DNA of 64,000 nucleotides from Myxococcota bacterium (GTDB lineage Bacteria; Myxococcota; Kuafuiibacteriia; Kuafuiibacteriales; Kuafuiibacteriaceae): NCBI GenBank assembly GCA_036337945.1, contig JAYZDF010000004.1, positions 1 to 64,000 of the forward strand, read 5' to 3'. Shown piece by piece: positions 58,170 to 64,000 of this stretch (position 1 is its first letter; each line of letters starts with the position of its first letter). The notes under the pieces were generated by a model. It saw only the letters and a program-made list of their open reading frames with translations, ran no database searches and was not told where the DNA came from. The position numbers and the translations under genes were made by a program.

Positions 58170-59282
58170 CTAGGAAGATTGTGTATCGAATCTTAGACCT
58201 ACAAAAGCCGTTTGCCTTGTAAATAAAGTATCGCTTGTAGCAAAAGCATTTGAGAAATACTCGTATCGTACCAATAGGTCTACTTGGGAAATAATCTCAC
58301 GACTCAACTGAAGAGTGATCCGGTTTTGGTTTTCATCATCTTCTGGTTGAAACTGATAAAGATTCTGACTGAGAGACTGCTCGCTCGTATATTGAATAGA
58401 GGCAAGAGCATTGAGCATGATTCCGGCGAACATTTCGAGGGTTGTTGATACGGTCAGTCCAACGCGGTTGATATCCTCGTAGACTGAATTTGATCTTCTA
58501 CGTTCAAAAAAAAGATTGCCCCTAAGCAAGAAGAACCGCTGATAAAAAAGTCCTAAACGTGCGACGAGAATATCGTCCTGACGTGGTTGACTCATACAAG
58601 TCTGAAGAAATCGAGAATCTTCTTCGTCACAAAAAGTGACAGTCATTTGATTGTTGTTGGGGTCAAAGACAGTAGTGAGCGCATTCCCTCCGAACTCATC
58701 TCGCTCATAGGTGCCCGTCGTTCTCCATTGCATGTGCTCAGAGAGTTTTCCAGAGAAGCCAAGTGTCACGGAGCCTCCGTAATAACTAAGTCGTGTTTCT
58801 GTTGGGAACATGAACCGTTTCGCACTCACAGTGAGGCCAGACTCAACAGATTTGATCCCCAGCCAATCCAGTCTCAGATCCCCTTGAGCTAGACTGTAGT
58901 CTCTTAGGACACTCCGCATCCTAGTCATTCGAAATCGAACATCTGTCCCCAATTTCCATTTCGGTGAAAGTTTGTGCCGACTTCCTAGTGAAATATTGTG
59001 GACAATGACATCTTCAGATTGCTGTGAGTGAAATCTTTTAGCTCCACCGAGAACTGTTCCAACAAGGGAGTTTGACGGGTTAACAATGTGAGCCCACTTT
59101 AGCTCGCCGATCACTCGGGTGAGAAGATCGCTCTCTTTGTCTAATGAAGACAAATTCAATGTCCTCGCAGCGTTACTGTCCCATTCCTCTCCAAGAGACA
59201 TCGTGAGCTGAACATGATTGTTGTTTGAGGCACCCGGAGCAGCGATAAGGATACTACTCAACATCACCGCGACTAAAATCAT
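58170..59282 (-). CDS. putative outer-membrane beta-barrel protein
   Basis: Signal peptide, amphipathic beta-strand periodicity; no family assigned. Confidence 0.4.
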   Translation of the reverse strand: MILVAVMLSSILIAAPGASNNNHVQLTMSLGEEWDSNAARTLNLSSLDKESDLLTRVIGELKWAHIVNPSNSLVGTVLGGAKRFHSQQSEDVIVHNISLGSRHKLSPKWKLGTDVRFRMTRMRSVLRDYSLAQGDLRLDWLGIKSVESGLTVSAKRFMFPTETRLSYYGGSVTLGFSGKLSEHMQWRTTGTYERDEFGGNALTTVFDPNNNQMTVTFCDEEDSRFLQTCMSQPRQDDILVARLGLFYQRFFLLRGNLFFERRRSNSVYEDINRVGLTVSTTLEMFAGIMLNALASIQYTSEQSLSQNLYQFQPEDDENQNRITLQLSREIISQVDLLVRYEYFSNAFATSDTLFTRQTAFVGLRFDTQSS

Positions 59283-60496
59283 TTTTGGAGTTCTCGTTTT
59301 TCGTCGTCTTCAATTTTTTTTGCGATCGTTCGAATAGAAGTCGACTGTGATTTTAGATAAAGGTCTAGTTTTTCCAGACTCGACATGATCTTCTCTAAGT
59401 CTTGAAATTGGACCTGCCCGCTGGCCAGTTTCAATACATCTAAGTTGACCAAGGCATCGGGACTAATCTGGTTTAGCCAGGTCGACGCACTTTGTTGCGG
59501 ACTTTGAATCGATAGCCCGATAGGTTCGCTACTTTTTTGGTTGACCCCCTGATTCCCTGCAGCAAGAGCACCGGGGTCATTGGCGAGGTCTGTACTGGAA
59601 GCACCCTCAGGAGAAGATGCACTCGCTTGATTCTGAACGGACTCATTAGAAGAAGCCCGAGGAGTGCTTGCAGGTGCTTCATCTGAAGAAAAGTTTGTTG
59701 CCACACTTTGAGGTCCACCCGCCAATTGCCTGTTATTGGTCCTTTCTACGCGTCCGCTTCGAATTGTTTCATCGAAGGCGCCGACCTCAGTGGCAAATTG
59801 GTTTGCCGCCTTCGCGAGCGCAAGAAGTTGTCGTTTTTCTTCTAATAACCTCATGACTTTGGCGCGTTTGCGCTTGAGTTTGTCACGTGTGTCTTCCAAG
59901 AATTCTGCTTTTTCACGAAGCTCTTGTGGTCCATCGAGAGGGTCTATTTGAACCTGATACTGTTTCCACTGCTTTGGTGTCGAGGAGGTCGTTCGAAGTT
60001 TCGTCTCTAATTTTCTCAGTTCTTTCCTCTGATTTAGTAGTTGTCTAATTTTTTTAGCCGCCTGAATACGTGTGTCTTTCGAGGCACTTCGTAGCAAAGC
60101 CTTTTCGTCACCAATCAGCGCGTCAATGTTCCTCAGCGCATCCCGCAGTGACTTTTCACACGCTCTCACAGCTATCGACCGTTTCTGCGAAAGGTTTTCG
60201 AGCTCATTCGCAGCTTGTACGGATTGCCGAAGCAGGTTCTGAAGATTTCGGTTCGCGACGTCGGTGGTTCGACTTTTTTTCAGCCGTGCAATTCGGTGTG
60301 CGAGCTCTTGGTTTCTCGACTCCATTACGATCACGCGAGATTCAAATTCACGACATTGCGAAACGTGTGCCTTTATCTTATCCAACCCGATACCTGTGGT
60401 ATTCCCTTGGTTAGCCGAAATAAGGCTGAACAGTAGAGTTACAAGAATTGTCAGCACCTGACGCACGTGACGAATATAGTGCAAGCATCGATCCAT
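59279..60496 (-). CDS. secreted/membrane-anchored coiled-coil protein
   Basis: N-terminal hydrophobic helix, extended coiled-coil, Ser/Ala/Gln-rich low-complexity region; 4-nt overlap with downstream OMP gene. Confidence 0.4.
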   Translation of the reverse strand: MDRCLHYIRHVRQVLTILVTLLFSLISANQGNTTGIGLDKIKAHVSQCREFESRVIVMESRNQELAHRIARLKKSRTTDVANRNLQNLLRQSVQAANELENLSQKRSIAVRACEKSLRDALRNIDALIGDEKALLRSASKDTRIQAAKKIRQLLNQRKELRKLETKLRTTSSTPKQWKQYQVQIDPLDGPQELREKAEFLEDTRDKLKRKRAKVMRLLEEKRQLLALAKAANQFATEVGAFDETIRSGRVERTNNRQLAGGPQSVATNFSSDEAPASTPRASSNESVQNQASASSPEGASSTDLANDPGALAAGNQGVNQKSSEPIGLSIQSPQQSASTWLNQISPDALVNLDVLKLASGQVQFQDLEKIMSSLEKLDLYLKSQSTSIRTIAKKIEDDEKRELQK

Positions 60497-60562
60497 GAAA
60501 AATTTCCCGCAAAATTTCCGTTTTGACCGATAAGTACTCAGAATTCTGAGACTATTGTTGCT

Positions 60563-61999
60563 TTAAGTCTCAGGTTTCTCCGTTGTGGGTCGGCTCGTGA
60601 TCGTTCCAATCCCGTACTTTTCAAGCTTATAATAGAGCGCGCTTGCCTTGATCTTCAATCGTCGCGCTGTTTCTGTTTTTACTCCATTCGCGGCCTCGTA
60701 GGCCGATAGAATCATTTGCCTTTCAGCATTTTCGAGAAACTGGTTGAGTCCTAAATTGCCCGTTGAAATCTGAAGTTGATCAAGCTGTGGGGCTCTCCCC
60801 GTGACTTGTGCTGGTAAATCGTCCGGCGTGAGAACCGGCGGGTCGGCAAAAACTAACGCCTGTTCGATGATGTTTTCAAGTTCTCGAACATTTCCAGGAA
60901 AATGGTAGTTTCTCAGCTGCGCGATAGAGCCTTCGTCGATACTTTCTATTTCTGGATTTGTTCGCGCCTTTAGTTTCTCAACAAAGTGTCTAGCCAACGG
61001 TTCTATGTCATCTGTTCTTTCTCGAAGTGGGGGCAGGGTGAGCGGAACAATATGAAGACGATAGAACAAGTCTTGCCGAAAGCGCCCCTCTGCAACTTCT
61101 TTTTCTAAATCCCTATTGGTCGCAGAAATGATTCTTACATCAATCTTAACAGATTTTTCTCCGCCAACTCTTTCGATAATTCCTTCTTGAAGTACTCTCA
61201 GCAACTTTACTTGCATCGCCGGTGTGATTTCACCAATCTCGTCCAGAAAAATAGTTCCCTTATGTGCTAATTCAAAGCGCCCAAGCTTGCGTTTGATTGC
61301 GCCCGTGAAGGCGCCCTTCTCGTGTCCAAACAGTTCACTTTCGAGCAATGAATCTGTAAGCGCTCCACAATTCACTTTGACTAAGGGGCCGTCTTTTCGC
61401 TTTGAATTATTGTGGATCGCATTTGCGACAAGCTCTTTCCCTGTGCCTGACTCTCCAAAAATATGAACACTGGCATCTGTGACCGCAAGTTTTTCAATTT
61501 TTTTGAAAATGGTACGCATTGCTCCACTTTGACCGATCATTTCGTCGTATCCACGAGTATCAGACACGATTTTTCGGTCTCGTGCTCCGCTTAAAAGTTG
61601 GGCAGCTTCTTGTAGGCGGTCTTTTGTTACGCGAAGTGATTGCCACTCTAAGGCCTGCTGAATCTTGGCTCTAATTCGGTCAGTTGAGAACGGTTTTTCG
61701 ATGAAATCAAAAGCGCCTAGTTTGATCGCTTCGACAGCTGTTTCAACAGTTGCGTAGCCGGTCATAATGACCACGGCTGTATTTGGGTTGTTTTCTAGAA
61801 CCGACTTCAGCACGTCAATCCCGTCTAAACCATCCATTTTGAGGTCCGTTACGACGAGCTGCGTATCATTTTCCTGAAGTAGTTTTAGGCCTTTTTCACC
61901 AGAGTCGGTTGAGAGTGTTGTGTACCCTAAACGACTGCAGACGGCGGAAACTCCCTCACGAAGTGTGTCATTGTCATCAATGATCAATACAGTAGTCAA
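60563..61999 (-). CDS. sigma-54-dependent response regulator (NtrC family)
   Basis: REC domain with phospho-acceptor Asp (LVVTDLKMDGLDG), AAA+ sigma-54 activation domain (GESGTGKELVANAIH, GAFTGA), C-terminal Fis-type HTH. Confidence 0.9.
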   Translation of the reverse strand: MTTVLIIDDNDTLREGVSAVCSRLGYTTLSTDSGEKGLKLLQENDTQLVVTDLKMDGLDGIDVLKSVLENNPNTAVVIMTGYATVETAVEAIKLGAFDFIEKPFSTDRIRAKIQQALEWQSLRVTKDRLQEAAQLLSGARDRKIVSDTRGYDEMIGQSGAMRTIFKKIEKLAVTDASVHIFGESGTGKELVANAIHNNSKRKDGPLVKVNCGALTDSLLESELFGHEKGAFTGAIKRKLGRFELAHKGTIFLDEIGEITPAMQVKLLRVLQEGIIERVGGEKSVKIDVRIISATNRDLEKEVAEGRFRQDLFYRLHIVPLTLPPLRERTDDIEPLARHFVEKLKARTNPEIESIDEGSIAQLRNYHFPGNVRELENIIEQALVFADPPVLTPDDLPAQVTGRAPQLDQLQISTGNLGLNQFLENAERQMILSAYEAANGVKTETARRLKIKASALYYKLEKYGIGTITSRPTTEKPET

Positions 62000-62019
62000 A
62001 ACACAGTTAATCTAGCACA

Positions 62020-63468
62020 TTACTCGTCGAGAAGACCGGGCTCTTCGACCGGTTTATATGAGGCTTCTACTGGCAAATCGATGACAAACATTGCACCAGC
62101 AGGTTTATTTGCTCGATATTCGATCGTTCCGTTGTGTTCGAAGATTGCTTTTTTCACTAACGCCAGTCCGAGACCCGTGCCCTTTTGCTTGGTTGTAAAA
62201 AATGGAGTGAAAATATCCTTTACCTTCTCAGGCGGAACTCCCGGCCCATTGTCGCCAATCGTGACTCTCAGATTCTTTTCTTCGGCATGGGCACTCAGAG
62301 TTACAACTCCACCTTGAGGGCTCGCCTGAATAGCATTTCTCACAACATTGAGCAGCGCAGAGCGGATAGATTGCTGGTCAAAAACGGCATGAAGCTCTCG
62401 TTTTACATCGATGATAACCTTTACTTCTTTTTCCAGAGCATCTGCGGACGAGATCTGCTGAATGTCCGACAATATTTTCTCCACGTTGGTACTTTCTTTG
62501 CTGACAACTCGAGTTCGAGCGAAGGCTAAAAAGTCATTTACGACTCGTGAGAGAACTTTGATTTCTTTCAGGATTTTATCTACGTGAGATGTCTTTTCCT
62601 TATCTCCGTCGAGATCTTCTCGGAGAAGAGAGCCAAACAGTTCAATACCTCCCAGAGGGTTCCTTACTTCGTGCGCGATTCCGCCCAGCATCATTTGCAT
62701 TTCTTCATCACGCTGGTGGAGAGACCTCGCCATTTGACTCATTGTTTGGCCCAGTACTTGAACTTCTATAGGACCGTTTTGCGGTACCTCTTGCTCTAAG
62801 TGACCTCGACCAATTTTCTCAGCAGCGGCAGATAAATTCTGTAGTGGCACCGTGACACGGCTGGCTGAGGCAAAGGCGAGAGCGACAAGAAGAACGAGGG
62901 CTATAATGGTAAAGACGACCAGCACTCTGCGAGTGTTGTCTAAGGCATCAAAAAAGGTGGCTTGTGCATGAACAGCGATGAGCATGTTCTCACCATGTGG
63001 GCTATATGCAGATTTGTACCAGCGACCTTCTATCCCTCGAAATAAAACAGATGCAGTTGATTCGCCATTCGAAGCTCGCTCTAGTTCTTCTAGATCAAAC
63101 ATGGCTCTCGGATAAGAATCGCCTATCCGAAGAGTTTGCCGACTATCGATAAGGACAGATTTTTCATCTGTTTTGAACACAATGATTCTTTCTAGTTCGG
63201 CTGCCTTGAGAAGTGCCGACACTTTTTGCTGCGTCCGCTTTGCAATTCTAAGTTCTTCATCTCCTGGCTCAAGTAAAGAAACTCTTGCCTCGATAATGGT
63301 ACTCGCAATTTTAGCCGAGGCGATGAGTCTTTTGGCTAAAGAGCGATCGAGCGCACTTCGCATGGCTTGATCTGCAAAATAGGCAGTGCCGAGCAATACA
63401 AGTAAGGCTGGGATCACAAGTACAAATAATAACTGTCGTTTGAAAGGGAGGCGTGAGAACAGATTCAT
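62020..63468 (-). CDS. sensor histidine kinase (two TM, HAMP-like, HisKA, HATPase_c)
   Basis: H-box HEVRNPL, N/G1/G2 boxes (DNGPGVPPE, GTGLGLAL). Confidence 0.85.
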   Translation of the reverse strand: MNLFSRLPFKRQLLFVLVIPALLVLLGTAYFADQAMRSALDRSLAKRLIASAKIASTIIEARVSLLEPGDEELRIAKRTQQKVSALLKAAELERIIVFKTDEKSVLIDSRQTLRIGDSYPRAMFDLEELERASNGESTASVLFRGIEGRWYKSAYSPHGENMLIAVHAQATFFDALDNTRRVLVVFTIIALVLLVALAFASASRVTVPLQNLSAAAEKIGRGHLEQEVPQNGPIEVQVLGQTMSQMARSLHQRDEEMQMMLGGIAHEVRNPLGGIELFGSLLREDLDGDKEKTSHVDKILKEIKVLSRVVNDFLAFARTRVVSKESTNVEKILSDIQQISSADALEKEVKVIIDVKRELHAVFDQQSIRSALLNVVRNAIQASPQGGVVTLSAHAEEKNLRVTIGDNGPGVPPEKVKDIFTPFFTTKQKGTGLGLALVKKAIFEHNGTIEYRANKPAGAMFVIDLPVEASYKPVEEPGLLDE

Positions 63469-63490
63469 CGAAGTTTAGTTTTTTATTGCT

Positions 63491-64000
63491 TCAGCGTGAA
63501 ATGTCGTAACGTACCATCATCCGATGAAGAATGTTTCTGTGGATGCCTGCGGTACGCGCTGCTCCCGAAACGTTTCCGTCATGCTCTTTTAGAAGCGCTG
63601 TAATGTAGCCTTTTTCGAAGTCTGCCATGACGACTTCGCGAGCTTCTTTATATTTACGTCCCCGCCATAAAATTTCGGTGATCGAACCTGTTTCAGATTG
63701 ATAGCCTTCGGGTAAAGATTCTGAAGCTTGCTCCTCTTGTTCGTTCTCATCGCCATACGGTTCGTCGATTGCATAGAGTTCGGCGGAAAGTTCCATATCT
63801 TCAGGAACCCGAAAGAATTTATCGGAAAGAGAGGCACCTCGTTCTATGATATTTCTAAGCTCGCGTACGTTTCCCGGCCAGTGATAATCGAGCAGCCTTT
63901 TGAGATCAGGCTCACGAAGCTCGAGTGGTTCTCCAGAAATCGTCGGCGTATCACTGAGGAACATACGAATAAGTGGCTCCAAATCAGTCGGACGGTCTTT
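63491..64000 (-). CDS. second sigma-54 activator, C-terminal part only (gene continues beyond window end)
   Basis: End of sigma-54 AAA+ domain (WPGNVRELRNIIER) and Fis-type HTH (AARTAGIHRNILHRMM); no start codon within window. Confidence 0.7.
   Translation of the reverse strand, partial: KDRPTDLEPLIRMFLSDTPTISGEPLELREPDLKRLLDYHWPGNVRELRNIIERGASLSDKFFRVPEDMELSAELYAIDEPYGDENEQEEQASESLPEGYQSETGSITEILWRGRKYKEAREVVMADFEKGYITALLKEHDGNVSGAARTAGIHRNILHRMMVRYDISR

Noticed and set aside
60497-60562. Candidate sigma-54 promoter upstream of the coiled-coil/OMP operon
   Set aside because: GG and GC dinucleotides found but spacing (9 or 17 nt) does not match the -24/-12 consensus (GG-N10-GC)
1-64000. Mobile elements, CRISPR arrays, prophage or defence-island signatures
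   Set aside because: No transposase/integrase/recombinase ORFs, no direct-repeat arrays, no compositional break; region appears to be conserved chromosomal backbone

Overview
This 64 kb window reads as a chromosomal, mostly housekeeping region of a moderate-GC (~48-50 %) Gram-negative bacterium. The gene content (FHA-domain proteins, several M23 peptidases, sigma-54 activators, c-di-GMP-type sensory domains, Cys-rich lipoproteins) resembles Bdellovibrionota/Oligoflexia-like former delta-proteobacteria, but that assignment is low confidence. Clear core genes include metG, holB, a GspE/PilB-family ATPase, a HelD/UvrD-like helicase, HU, pepA (M17), pssA, hslO (Hsp33), ftsX with envC-like and ctpA genes, pdxA, tsaC/sua5, a lone nuoL-like gene, iscA/erpA, and sigma-54 two-component regulators. 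Two RNA genes are missing from the ORF track: a type-A RNase P RNA (rnpB, minus strand, ~47758-48168) and a CAT-anticodon tRNA at 46330-46402 whose acceptor stem and D-loop look like tRNA-Ile2 (lysidine). No transposases, CRISPR arrays or phage genes were seen. The most unusual items are listed below.
1) A secretion/pilus-type ATPase whose N-terminal c-di-GMP-binding MshEN helices appear replaced by a cyclic-nucleotide-binding domain. It is operonic with a large polytopic HExxH-zincin/TPR membrane protein, and a stand-alone MshEN-domain protein lies nearby.
2) A four-gene operon: metallophosphoesterase, GMC oxidoreductase, a 763-aa protein with a degenerate (TGKAF) GGDEF domain, and a small membrane protein. 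It sits opposite a fatty-acyl-AMP ligase gene broken by a single in-frame TAA.
3) An ftsX-envC-ctpA module with no ftsE, preceded by hslO and followed by a double-FHA/TPR protein.
4) A 655-aa lipoprotein built from tandem ~50-aa seven-cysteine repeats, plus a pair of small Cys-rich secreted proteins.
5) A sigma-54 regulatory cassette directly upstream of a gene for a coiled-coil protein and genes for two beta-barrel outer-membrane proteins (one FadL-like).
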